A stretch of DNA of 64,000 nucleotides, taken from the NCBI RefSeq assembly GCF_003018255.1, contig NZ_CP027440.1; one strand, 5' to 3'. The position numbers and the translations under genes were made by a program. Position 1 is the stretch's first letter. Each line of letters starts with the position of its first letter. Below are positions 42,619-55,081 of this stretch, one piece after another. This DNA comes from Escherichia coli. GTDB taxonomy: Bacteria > Pseudomonadota > Gammaproteobacteria > Enterobacterales > Enterobacteriaceae. Below the pieces are notes generated by a model that did not search any database, had not been told where the DNA came from, and was given only the letters and a program-made list of their open reading frames with translations.

Positions 42619-44097
42619 ATGTCGAAAAAATACATCATAGGGATTGATGGCGGAAGTCAGAGCACAAAAGTGGTGATGTACGATCTGGAAGGTAATGTGG
42701 TTTGCGAAGGTAAAGGCTTATTGCAGCCGATGCATACGCCAGATGCCGATACTGCCGAACATCCTGACGACGATTTATGGACATCGTTATGCTTTGCCGG
42801 TCACGATTTGATGAGCCAGTTTGCCGGAAATAAAGAAGATATTGTCGGTATTGGTCTGGGCTCCATCCGTTGCTGTCGTGCGTTATTGAAAGCCGATGGC
42901 ACGCCCGCTGCGCCATTGATTAGCTGGCAGGATGCACGTGTAACACGTCCCTACGATCATACCAATCCAGATGTGGCCTATGTCACCTCTTTTTCGGGTT
43001 ATCTGACGCATCGCTTAACCGGCGAGTTTAAAGATAATATCGCCAACTATTTTGGTCAGTGGCCGGTGGATTATAAGAGCTGGACATGGAGTGAAGATGC
43101 TGCGGTAATGGATAAGTTTAATATCCCCCGTCATATGCTGTTTGATGTGCAAATGCCTGGCACCATTCTTGGGCATATCACACCACAAGCTGCGCTGGCG
43201 ACACATTTCCCGGCTGGGCTGTCGGTTGTTTGTACCACCAGTGATAAACCGGTAGAAGCTCTGGGAGCCGGGTTACTGGATGATGAAACTGCGGTAATTT
43301 CTCTTGGCACTTACATCGCATTGATGATGAACGGCAAAGCCTTGCCGAAAGATCCGGTGGCGTACTGGCCGATTATGTCTTCTATTCCGCAAACATTGCT
43401 GTATGAAGGTTACGGTATTCGCAAAGGCATGTGGACGGTGAGCTGGCTGCGCGACATGTTAGGCGAGTCGTTAATTCAGGATGCCAGGGCGCAGGATCTT
43501 TCACCGGAAGATTTACTCAACAAGAAAGCCTCTAGTGTGCCACCTGGCTGTAATGGGCTGATGACGGTGCTGGACTGGCTGACCAATCCGTGGGAACCGT
43601 ACAAACGCGGGATTATGATCGGCTTTGATTCCAGTATGGATTACGCATGGATATATCGTTCGATACTGGAAAGCGTGGCGCTGACGCTGAAGAACAATTA
43701 CGACAATATGTGTAATGAAATGAATCACTTTGCGAAGCATGTAATCATTACTGGCGGCGGTTCGAACAGCGATCTGTTTATGCAGATTTTTGCCGACGTG
43801 TTCAACCTTCCGGCACGACGTAACGCCATTAACGGTTGTGCAAGTCTGGGGGCAGCGATTAATACCGCGGTAGGTCTGGGGCTATACCCGGATTACGCAA
43901 CGGCTGTCGACAAAATGATTCGCGTGAAAGATATCTTTATACCGATTGAGAGCAATGCCAAACGCTACGACGCGATGAATAAAGGCATTTTCAAAGACCT
44001 AACCAAACATACTGATGTGATCCTGAAAAAATCGTATGAAGTGATGCATGGGGAATTGGGGAATGCGGATTCGATCCAGAGCTGGTCGAATGCGTAA
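42619..44097 (+). CDS. ygcE: FGGY-family carbohydrate kinase
   Basis: 492-aa ORF with N-terminus MSKKYIIGIDGGSQSTKVVMYD (sugar kinase ATPase fold). Confidence 0.85.
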   Translation: MSKKYIIGIDGGSQSTKVVMYDLEGNVVCEGKGLLQPMHTPDADTAEHPDDDLWTSLCFAGHDLMSQFAGNKEDIVGIGLGSIRCCRALLKADGTPAAPLISWQDARVTRPYDHTNPDVAYVTSFSGYLTHRLTGEFKDNIANYFGQWPVDYKSWTWSEDAAVMDKFNIPRHMLFDVQMPGTILGHITPQAALATHFPAGLSVVCTTSDKPVEALGAGLLDDETAVISLGTYIALMMNGKALPKDPVAYWPIMSSIPQTLLYEGYGIRKGMWTVSWLRDMLGESLIQDARAQDLSPEDLLNKKASSVPPGCNGLMTVLDWLTNPWEPYKRGIMIGFDSSMDYAWIYRSILESVALTLKNNYDNMCNEMNHFAKHVIITGGGSNSDLFMQIFADVFNLPARRNAINGCASLGAAINTAVGLGLYPDYATAVDKMIRVKDIFIPIESNAKRYDAMNKGIFKDLTKHTDVILKKSYEVMHGELGNADSIQSWSNA

Positions 44098-44132
44098 GTG
44101 AGGAAGGCCGGGCGGGAAACTGCCCGGCCTGA

Positions 44133-44271
44133 ACATACCTGAATGGTTATCCCCGCTGACGCGGGGAACATAAGTTCGACAACTTAAAAAATGATAACAA
44201 GTCCGGTTTATCCCCGCTGATGCAGGGAACATAATAAAAACTTTAACTAGTTCGGTTTATCCCTGTTTTTA
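44133..44271 (-). CRISPR. degenerate CRISPR remnant: three decayed repeats with AT-rich spacer-length intervals
   Basis: GGTTATCCCCGCTGACGCGGGGAACA, CGGTTTATCCCCGCTGATGCAGGGAACAT and CGGTTTATCCCTGTTTTTACAAGGAATAT at about 60-nt spacing, just downstream of ygcE. Confidence 0.8.
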
Positions 44272-44735
44272 CAAGGAATATTAACTACACTCGATGTCTT
44301 TAGAATAAAAGACAATACGAATCGTACTTTATCAATTTTCATTTAAAGTATGAACTGGATATCTTTATTCATAAGAACAATTCATCAACAGCGTATAGAG
44401 GCGGTTATGTAAAACCGCTCATTAGCCTCAAAACAAAGACAAATTTCCAGATTTATTACTTAATCAATGAATAACAAGCTTAAAAAATACACTGTAATTC
44501 TAAAGAAAAAATTAACAGGCATTAATTCAATATTAAAAAAATAATAGATTAAAATTTCTTAACGATTTAAGTATCATACAAATAACACTTTGATTAAATT
44601 TAATTTTTTGTATCGATAATTGTGAACTTCTCTGGCATGGAGAACTATTTTGAACATGAGGTGTTACGTGGATATGTTGCTTATTACAAGTACAGCTAAT
44701 ATAAAAACTTGAGAAAGAGATAACGGGTTATATGG

Positions 44736-45069
44736 TGGTTTATCCCCGCAGGCGCGGGGAACTCATAGAGAAAAGAAACGGCAGCTTTGCCACTTCCGGT
44801 TTATCCCCGCTGGCGCGGGGAACTCCGCGTTTCTAATCTCACCGCCACGGCGATCAACGGTTTATCCCCGCTGGCGCGGGGAACTCACCCCTTTAACGTC
44901 ACCAGACCGCTAACGACGCGGTTTATCCCCGCTGGCGCGGGGAACTCGCGTAACCATTTTGATGGCGCTACCGAAATGGCGGTTTATCCCCGCTGGCGCG
45001 GGGAACTCGATCAACGGCCTGGCGGCTGCCTCTGAAATCTCGGTTTATCCCCGCTGGCGCGGGGAACTC
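44736..45069 (-). CRISPR. orphan type I-E CRISPR array: 6 repeats, 5 spacers of 32 nt
   Basis: Same repeat as the cas-adjacent array at a 61-nt period; the leader-distal repeat is a variant (TGGTTTATCCCCGCAGGCGCGGGGAACTC). Confidence 0.97.
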
Positions 45070-45250
45070 TCTAAACATAACCTATTATTAATTAATGATT
45101 TTTTAAGCCAGTCACAATCTACCAACTTTACAGTATCACACAAACAACACATCCATTATGTTAAAGAGCACTTAATCCATTGATTAAAAAGCTAAATATT
45201 TAAAATAACTCTATACAAACTAAAATCTACCAAACTTCGCCGCAATAATT
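45070..45250 (-). promoter_or_regulatory. leader of the orphan CRISPR array
   Basis: AT-rich sequence abutting the last repeat, beginning TCTAAACATAACC, which parallels the TCTAAAAGTATAC start of the cas-adjacent leader. Confidence 0.6.
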
Positions 45251-45408
45251 TTCACTCCAGCGAAAAATTAACGCCACAGAATTTGTAGAGAATGATAATG
45301 ATTAGTCCGGGATGGGCAAGATGGATGAGTTTTCAGAGGCGACAAACAATATAAATGAGTAGAAGTCTTTACAGGTTCCACCCATTTATAACGCTTATAA
45401 ATGTTTAA

Positions 45409-46080
45409 TCAGGCAATATTTAGATATTTATGTGTTTGCATCGACAAACGCCAATTACGCGCAATGCAGGTTTCAATGCACAAACGTGTGGCATCATCCT
45501 TTTGGCTAATCGGCTGCAGTGCAATGACTCGCGGTTTATCATCGGTCAGCGTTGCCAGTAGTTCATCCAGTGCTTCAATATCACGTACGCGCCCCACTGG
45601 ATGCTTGATTTCGTTGGCTCGCTCCAGTGCCTGTGACAACACTTCATAGCCGCCGCGCATGTTCAGCTTTGGTGATACGGTAACCCAGGTATTCGGTGTG
45701 CAGCGTACCTCATGAGTACCACTGGTTTCAATCTGGCAGCTAAAACCATTCTTTTCGAGCAGATCAGTCAGTGGTAGCAAATCATGAATGCAAGGCTCAC
45801 CACCCGTAATCACCACATGCCGCGCGGTGTATCCCTGGCGACCAATGACAGCCAGCAAGTCTTCACTGCTCGCCGCCCCCCACTTATCACTCTCTTTGGT
45901 CTTCGCCAGAATGCTGAAAAGGGAGACTTCCCGATCCTCAAGCTTTTCCCAGGTGTGTTTGGTGTCGCACCAGGCACAGCCAACCGGGCATCCCTGTAAA
46001 CGAATAAAAATGGCGGGGACGCCGGTAAAGTAACCCTCACCTTGCAGGGTCTGGAACATCTCGTTAATCGGGTACTGCAT
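45409..46080 (-). CDS. queE: 7-carboxy-7-deazaguanine synthase (radical SAM)
   Basis: 223-aa ORF with radical-SAM Cys motif CPVGCAWC. Confidence 0.9.
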   Translation of the reverse strand: MQYPINEMFQTLQGEGYFTGVPAIFIRLQGCPVGCAWCDTKHTWEKLEDREVSLFSILAKTKESDKWGAASSEDLLAVIGRQGYTARHVVITGGEPCIHDLLPLTDLLEKNGFSCQIETSGTHEVRCTPNTWVTVSPKLNMRGGYEVLSQALERANEIKHPVGRVRDIEALDELLATLTDDKPRVIALQPISQKDDATRLCIETCIARNWRLSMQTHKYLNIA

Positions 46081-46374
46081 AGCATTCTCTGTGAAGTGGA
46101 TAATTGTTAATTATTGCAGATCCTGCCACAACAATCATGTCTTATTAACATTCTGTTACAGGCAGGTTTAAAGAAAAATGAGAAACAGATCGTTAATAAT
46201 AAAAGGGAGTAACGTATTATGTCAGAAATAAATAAAGTAAAGGGATTTAATCATGTCAAAAACATTCACCAAAATTATACTTATTTTTTTCTGTGTTCGT
46301 TTTTAATTATAACGAATCTCAAATTACCGATGCCGCCGTCAATTTATTTATCCAGCTTTAATGGGACATTTATA

Positions 46375-47244
46375 ATGCGCTATTTCATACTAATATTCAC
46401 ATTCGTGTGTTCCTTTGTTGCAGCCCAACCAACTATTGTCCCACAATTACAGCAACAAGTTACGGATCTTACGAGTAGCTTAAACTCACAAGAAAAGAAA
46501 GAACTGACGCGGAAGTTAGAATCTATTTTCAATAATACCCAAGTACAAATTGCTGTATTAATTATTCCCACAACCAAAGACGAGACAATTGAACAATATG
46601 CTACAAGGGTTTTTAACAATTGGCGTTTAGGAGATGCCAAACGCAATGATGGGATACTGATCATTGTTGCCTGGTCGGATCGCACTGTCCGCATCCAGGT
46701 AGGTTATGGGCTGGAAGAAAAGGTAACCGATGCTCTGGCTGGAGATATCATCCGTAGCAACATGATACCCGCATTTAAACAACAAAAATTAGCTAAGGGA
46801 TTAGAGTTAGCTATAATCGCTTTGAATAACCAACTCACTTCACAACACCAATATTCGGCTAATCCTTCAGAAAGTGAATCAGCGTCTTCCAGCGATCATT
46901 ACTACTTTGCTATTTTTTGGGTATTTGCAGTGATGTTCTTCCCTTTCTGGTTTTTTCATCAAGGCAGTAATTTTTGTCGCGCATGTAAAAGCAGTGTCTG
47001 TATTTCAGCAATCTATCTTTTAGATTTATTCCTGTTCTCCGATAAAACTTTTTCCATTGCTGTATTTTCCTTCTTTTTTACTTTCACCATATTTATGGTC
47101 TTTACCTGTTTATGTGTACTTCAGAAAAGAGCATCAGGTAGAAGTTATCATTCAGACAACAGCGGTTCCGCTGGAGGCTCAGGCGGCGGGTTTAGCGGCG
47201 GTGGCGGTTCTTCTGGCGGTGGCGGCGCATCCGGCCGCTGGTAA
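46375..47244 (+). CDS. ygcG: TPM-domain membrane protein with glycine-rich C-terminal tail
   Basis: Start at [17 protein letters not shown] (signal peptide) with a GGGA ribosome-binding site; C-terminal [18 protein letters not shown] tail. The longer upstream ORF was rejected. Confidence 0.75.
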   Translation: MRYFILIFTFVCSFVAAQPTIVPQLQQQVTDLTSSLNSQEKKELTRKLESIFNNTQVQIAVLIIPTTKDETIEQYATRVFNNWRLGDAKRNDGILIIVAWSDRTVRIQVGYGLEEKVTDALAGDIIRSNMIPAFKQQKLAKGLELAIIALNNQLTSQHQYSANPSESESASSSDHYYFAIFWVFAVMFFPFWFFHQGSNFCRACKSSVCISAIYLLDLFLFSDKTFSIAVFSFFFTFTIFMVFTCLCVLQKRASGRSYHSDNSGSAGGSGGGFSGGGGSSGGGGASGRW

Positions 47245-47253
47245 CTCAACCAT

Positions 47254-47286
47254 AAAAAACGCCAGCCCGAAGGCTGGCATTTTTAA
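47254..47286. terminator. bidirectional intrinsic terminator between ygcG (+) and eno (-)
   Basis: Stem GCCAGCC/GGCTGGC with loop CGAA, flanked by an A-run upstream and a T-run downstream. Confidence 0.7.
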
Positions 47287-47303
47287 ATCAGATAAAGTCA
47301 GGC

Positions 47304-48617
<1,314 letters not shown>

Positions 48618-48647
48618 TCACTAGTTAAACTGAAACTCCAGACAAAC

Positions 48648-48670
48648 AACGCGTACCCAGGGTACGCGTT
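48648..48670 (-). other. 10-bp stem-loop in the pyrG-eno intergenic region (possible partial terminator or processing site)
   Basis: AACGCGTACC-CAG-GGTACGCGTT perfect inverted repeat. Confidence 0.4.
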
Positions 48671-48689
48671 GCCGTTCTAACTTTTTTAC

Positions 48690-50342
<1,653 letters not shown>

Positions 50343-50554
50343 TTAGGTTGAAAAGACGATGGAATAACCAGGACGGGAAAGCAGTATACCCGAACATGAC
50401 CTGTGCCACAAACTTTCATTATCCCTCCTCTTCGCCAGCGCACTATTGAAATCAGGAGTGAGAAAATAGCCCCTTTGGGGTAAATGTTTTTGACGCAAAT
50501 CAAGCGCTTGTCATTTAAAAAATGACACAAATCGCGCTTGACCACGTAATTCCC

Positions 50555-51346
50555 TTAGAGATCAATTTCCTGCCGTTTTACCTGTTGCCAGACTTCTTCC
50601 ATTGTTTCGAGGTCAACACCTGTCATTTCCAGTCCACGCGCGGCAACAATACGCTCCACTTCGCGAAAACGACGCTCGAATTTTTCGTTCGCTTTTTGCA
50701 ATGCGATTTCCGCTTTTGTCCCTAAATGACGAGCCAGATTGACTGTGGCAAACAGCAGGTCACCCATTTCCTCCTCCAGTTTAGCCTGGTCGACAACAAC
50801 CTGCCGCGCTTCGTACATCACCTCATCGATCTCTTCGTAGACTTTATCGACTACCGGGCCAAGCGTCGTCCAGTCGAAGCCAACGTTGGCGCAACGTTTC
50901 TGGATTTTTTGTGCGCGCATTAAGGCGGGTAAACTACTAGGGATATCGTCCAGCGCCGAATGCTGCGCTTTTTGCGCGCGCTCTTCAGTTTTGATTTGCT
51001 CCCAACGAGCAAGAACTTCGCGGCTGTTTCCGGCAGAACCGTCAGCAAAAACATGTGGATGACGGCGTTCTAATTTATCGCTAATCGCAGCGCAAATATC
51101 ATTAAAATCAAAGCGCCCTTCTTCCTGGGCCATTTGTGCGTAAAACACCACCTGGAACAGCAGATCGCCCAGTTCACCGCGCAGATCGTCAAAATCTTCA
51201 CGGGCGATGGCGTCCAGCACCTCGTAGGTTTCTTCAAGGGTGTAAGGCGCAATGGTGGCAAATGTCTGCTCTTTATCCCACGGGCAGCCGTTTTCCGGGT
51301 CACGCAGGCGCTGCATGATGGTGAGCAAACGGTCGATTTGATTCAT
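50555..51346 (-). CDS. mazG: nucleoside triphosphate pyrophosphohydrolase MazG
   Basis: 263-aa ORF with N-terminus MNQIDRLLTIMQRLRDPENGCPWD. Confidence 0.95.
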   Translation of the reverse strand: MNQIDRLLTIMQRLRDPENGCPWDKEQTFATIAPYTLEETYEVLDAIAREDFDDLRGELGDLLFQVVFYAQMAQEEGRFDFNDICAAISDKLERRHPHVFADGSAGNSREVLARWEQIKTEERAQKAQHSALDDIPSSLPALMRAQKIQKRCANVGFDWTTLGPVVDKVYEEIDEVMYEARQVVVDQAKLEEEMGDLLFATVNLARHLGTKAEIALQKANEKFERRFREVERIVAARGLEMTGVDLETMEEVWQQVKRQEIDL

Positions 51347-51404
51347 TAGAATGTCCTGAAAATTGCGGGTCCGTCAGGTGTAATACCTTCGAGTAAAAGA
51401 TATC

Positions 51405-51432
51405 GCTGGATACGGCTGACGCCATATCCAGC
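51405..51432 (-). terminator. relA intrinsic terminator (candidate)
   Basis: Stem GCTGGATA/TATCCAGC with a 12-nt loop, followed on the minus strand by a U-rich stretch, about 10 nt after the relA stop. Confidence 0.45.
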
Positions 51433-51441
51433 TATGTAAGA

Positions 51442-53676
51442 CTAACTCCCGTGCAACCGACGCGCGTCGATAACATCCGGCACCTGGTTGAGTTTACCCA
51501 GCACGCGCCCCAGCACTTGCAGGTTGTAAATCTCAATGGTCATGTCGATGGTCGCCAGTTGCTGTTTGGTGTCGCTACGGCTGGCAACGCCAAGTACGTT
51601 CACCTTCTCGTTGGCGAGAATGGTCGTGATATCACGTAACAACCCACTACGATCATTAGCCACCACGCGGACCACCAGCGAATATCCGGCGGAGTAGCTC
51701 TCGCCCCATACCGCGTCAACAATGCGTTCTGGCGCATGGGAGCGCAGTTCCGCCAATTGTTCGCAATCGGCGCGGTGTACTGAAATACCGCGCCCCTGGG
51801 TAATGAAGCCGACAATCTCATCTCCAGGAATCGGCTGGCAGCAGCGCGCGATGTGGTGCATCAGGTTACCGACCCCTTCTACCACCACACGACCGTTATC
51901 TTTACTGCGGTTTTGCGGCGTGTAGCTTTTTTGCTGAAGCTGTTTCAGCGCGGCGGCGTCCTGCTCTTCGGCACTCGGCTTATTAAATTGCGATTGCAGG
52001 AAGTTCACCATCTGATTGAGACGGATATCCCCGCCACCAATCGCCGCCAGCAACTCGTCGACATCATTGAAGTTGTAACGCGGCAGCAGATGTTTTTCTG
52101 CTTCTTTCAGGCTGATCCCCAGATGTTCCAGCTCGTCGTCAAGAATTTGCCGCCCAGCCAGAATGTTTTTGTCACGGTCCTGTTTACGGAACCAGGCGTG
52201 AATTTTCGAACGCCCACGGCTGGTTGTGACGTAACCGAGGTTTGGGTTTAACCAGTCACGGCTGGGGTTCGGCTGTTTCTGGGTGATAATTTCAATCTGG
52301 TCGCCCATCTGCAGCTGGTAGGTGAACGGCACAATGCGCCCGCCAATTTTTGCCCCGATGCAGCGGTGTCCGACATCACTGTGGATGTGGTAAGCGAAGT
52401 CCAGCGGCGTTGATCCCGCAGGCAAATCAACGACATCACCTTTCGGCGTAAAGACGTACACTCGGTCGTCAAAGACCTGACTACGTACTTCGTCGAGCAT
52501 TTCGCCGGAATCAGCCATCTCTTCCTGCCACGCAATCAGTTTACGCAGCCAGGCAATCCGGTCTTCATGTCCCGAACGTGCGCCGCCAGCAGCCGCGCCC
52601 TCTTTATATTTCCAGTGCGCAGCAACACCCAACTCTGCATCTTCATGCATCTGTTTGGTGCGGATTTGGATCTCAACGGTTTTGCCACCCGGCCCCAGAA
52701 CCACGGTATGAATGGACTGATAACCGTTTGGTTTCGGGTTAGCGACGTAATCGTCAAACTCATCCGGCAGGTGGCGATAGTGAGTGTGCACTATCCCCAG
52801 TGCGGCATAACAATCCTGTAAACGCTCGGCGACAATACGTACCGCACGCACATCAAACAGCTCATCGAAGGCGAGGTTCTTTTTCTGCATTTTGCGCCAG
52901 ATACTGTAGATGTGTTTCGGACGGCCATACACTTCAGCTTTAACGCCTTCAGCTTTCATCTCAGCGCGCAGATGGCCGACAAACTCTTCGATATAGTGTT
53001 CGCGGTCGAGACGGCGTTCATGCAGCAGTTTTGCGATGCGTTTGTATTCGGTCGGGTGGAGATAACGGAAGCAGTAATCTTCCAGCTCCCATTTCAGTTG
53101 CCCAATCCCAAGACGGTTCGCCAACGGCGCGTAGATATTGGTGCACTCTTTTGCCGCCAGTACGCGTTCATCTTCCGGCGCATCTTTTACTTCGCGCAGG
53201 TGAGCAATACGCTCCGCCAGTTTGATGACCACGCAGCGAAAATCATCGACCATCGCCAATAACATCCGGCGAACGTTATCGACCTGTTCGGAGGAAACAG
53301 AATCAGTGTGCGTCGCTTTCAGCTGGCGGATCGCCGCCATATCACGCACGCCGTGAATAAGGTTAACGACCGACTTACCGACGCTCTCACGCAGCACATC
53401 TTCGCTGACTACGTTGGCATCAGCCAGAGGGAACAGCAGCGCCGCCCGCAGCGTGTCAATGTCCATACTTAATGTCGAGAGGATCTCCACCATCTCAACA
53501 CCACGCCACAATAACAGACTGGCATCCGGATGCCCCTGCGTCTGTTGCAGACAATACGCCCAGGTTTCGGCTAAGCACTCACACGACTTCTGGCTGGTAA
53601 TACCCAGACTTGCGATCCATTTTTCCGGATCAAATTCACCAGCCTTATTGATATGTGCACTTCTTACCGCAACCAT
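51442..53676 (-). CDS. relA: GTP pyrophosphokinase, (p)ppGpp synthetase I
   Basis: 744-aa ORF with N-terminus MVAVRSAHINKAGEFDPEKWIASLGI. Confidence 0.98.
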   Translation of the reverse strand: MVAVRSAHINKAGEFDPEKWIASLGITSQKSCECLAETWAYCLQQTQGHPDASLLLWRGVEMVEILSTLSMDIDTLRAALLFPLADANVVSEDVLRESVGKSVVNLIHGVRDMAAIRQLKATHTDSVSSEQVDNVRRMLLAMVDDFRCVVIKLAERIAHLREVKDAPEDERVLAAKECTNIYAPLANRLGIGQLKWELEDYCFRYLHPTEYKRIAKLLHERRLDREHYIEEFVGHLRAEMKAEGVKAEVYGRPKHIYSIWRKMQKKNLAFDELFDVRAVRIVAERLQDCYAALGIVHTHYRHLPDEFDDYVANPKPNGYQSIHTVVLGPGGKTVEIQIRTKQMHEDAELGVAAHWKYKEGAAAGGARSGHEDRIAWLRKLIAWQEEMADSGEMLDEVRSQVFDDRVYVFTPKGDVVDLPAGSTPLDFAYHIHSDVGHRCIGAKIGGRIVPFTYQLQMGDQIEIITQKQPNPSRDWLNPNLGYVTTSRGRSKIHAWFRKQDRDKNILAGRQILDDELEHLGISLKEAEKHLLPRYNFNDVDELLAAIGGGDIRLNQMVNFLQSQFNKPSAEEQDAAALKQLQQKSYTPQNRSKDNGRVVVEGVGNLMHHIARCCQPIPGDEIVGFITQGRGISVHRADCEQLAELRSHAPERIVDAVWGESYSAGYSLVVRVVANDRSGLLRDITTILANEKVNVLGVASRSDTKQQLATIDMTIEIYNLQVLGRVLGKLNQVPDVIDARRLHGS

Positions 53677-53723
53677 CGTCCTCTCCTTTAGGGACCAGAC
53701 CTGCCGAAATCGGCAAATCGTAA

Positions 53724-55025
53724 CTATTTAACGCGCGAGAAAAGTACCATCGATTCCAGATGTCCCGTGTGTGGGAACATATCCAGCATCGCCAGTCGCG
53801 CAATGGTATATCCTGCTTTTAATAACGCTTCGCTATCCCGAGCCAGCGTTGCAGGGTTACAGGATACATAAACTATACGAATAGGTTCCAGTTTTATAAT
53901 TTGCTGCATAACACCTGCGGCACCTGCTCGCGCCGGGTCCAGCAACACTTTATCGAAGCCGTTTTTCGCCCACGGCTGCTTTGTGACATCTTCTTCAAGA
54001 TTTTCGTGATAAAACGTCACATTCTGTAAGCCATTAAGACGCGCATTCTGCTGGCCTTTTTCCACCAGCGCCGGAACACCTTCTACACCCACCACACTGG
54101 CAGCTTGTGTCGCCAATGGCAGTGTAAAGTTGCCCATACCGCAGAACAGATCCAGTACGCAATCTTCAGGTTCCACATCCAGCCATTCCAACGCACGCGC
54201 TACCATTTTCTGGTTCACACCCGCATTGACCTGAATAAAATCGCGCGGGCTAAAAGTTAAGCGCAACCCATTTGAGTCATACCAGGGCATCTCACCAGAG
54301 ACGGTTTCGAGTATCTCACTATCGGGGGCGAGATACAGATCCAGGCCTTCAGAATGCGAAAAGCATTCCAGTTTTTCGCGATCTGCCGAACTTAGCGGTG
54401 CGGTATGGCGCAAAATCATTAGCGTGCCGCTGGTTGCCTGTACCAGTTCAACATGACCAAGATGGCGCATAGCTTGTAAGCTGCCCAGGCATGCCCTGAC
54501 TTTGGGCAGCAATGCTTCAAGTTGGGGCACTAAAATGGGGCATTGTTTAACGTCGACAATGTCACTGGAGCCCGCTTTGCGAAACCCCATCTGAAGTTGC
54601 TGTGTTTTCGGTAAGTAGTTCAGACTTAAACGCGCGCGACGGCGATAGCCCCAGGGAACATCGGCGATCACTTCAGAGACTTCGTGTTTCATTAATCGGG
54701 CGAGTGCCGCACTTTTGCTTCGCTGCTGTAAATCCACACTGGCGTGTTGTTGCTGACAGCCGCCGCATACGCCAAAATGAGGACAGCGTGGCGTTTCGCG
54801 TTCCGGGCTATCGCTTAATCGGCGTACGACTTTAGCGCGGGCATACTGTTTTTTATCTTCAGTAACAGTAACTTCCGCGTTTTCCTGCGGCAATAATCCG
54901 GGGATAAATAATGTTTTGCCGTTATGTCGCGCCACACCCTGACCAAAAGAGTCGAGGTCGTTGACTGAAACGGTTATGATCTGACGCGTCGTCGTGCGTC
55001 GTTTTGCAGAGTAGAATTGCGCCAT
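53724..55025 (-). CDS. rlmD: 23S rRNA (uracil1939-C5)-methyltransferase
   Basis: 433-aa ORF with TRAM domain and Fe-S Cys motif [11 protein letters not shown]. Confidence 0.95.
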   Translation of the reverse strand: MAQFYSAKRRTTTRQIITVSVNDLDSFGQGVARHNGKTLFIPGLLPQENAEVTVTEDKKQYARAKVVRRLSDSPERETPRCPHFGVCGGCQQQHASVDLQQRSKSAALARLMKHEVSEVIADVPWGYRRRARLSLNYLPKTQQLQMGFRKAGSSDIVDVKQCPILVPQLEALLPKVRACLGSLQAMRHLGHVELVQATSGTLMILRHTAPLSSADREKLECFSHSEGLDLYLAPDSEILETVSGEMPWYDSNGLRLTFSPRDFIQVNAGVNQKMVARALEWLDVEPEDCVLDLFCGMGNFTLPLATQAASVVGVEGVPALVEKGQQNARLNGLQNVTFYHENLEEDVTKQPWAKNGFDKVLLDPARAGAAGVMQQIIKLEPIRIVYVSCNPATLARDSEALLKAGYTIARLAMLDMFPHTGHLESMVLFSRVK

Positions 55026-55081
55026 TGGCGAGACTTTCTCAATTTAACAGTGTGACCTTAATTGTCCCATAACGGAACTCC

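Noticed and set aside
44787-45183. ORFs 44787..45035 (+) and 44959..45183 (+) inside the second array
   Set aside because: Same artefact: repeat-derived reading frames across the CRISPR array and leader.
46375-47244. Glycine-rich C-terminal tail and hydrophobic segment of ygcG as a possible separate small gene or fusion
   Set aside because: Continuous frame with the TPM-domain body; a transmembrane segment plus a Gly-rich tail is a common architecture in this family, so it is not treated as a separate feature.
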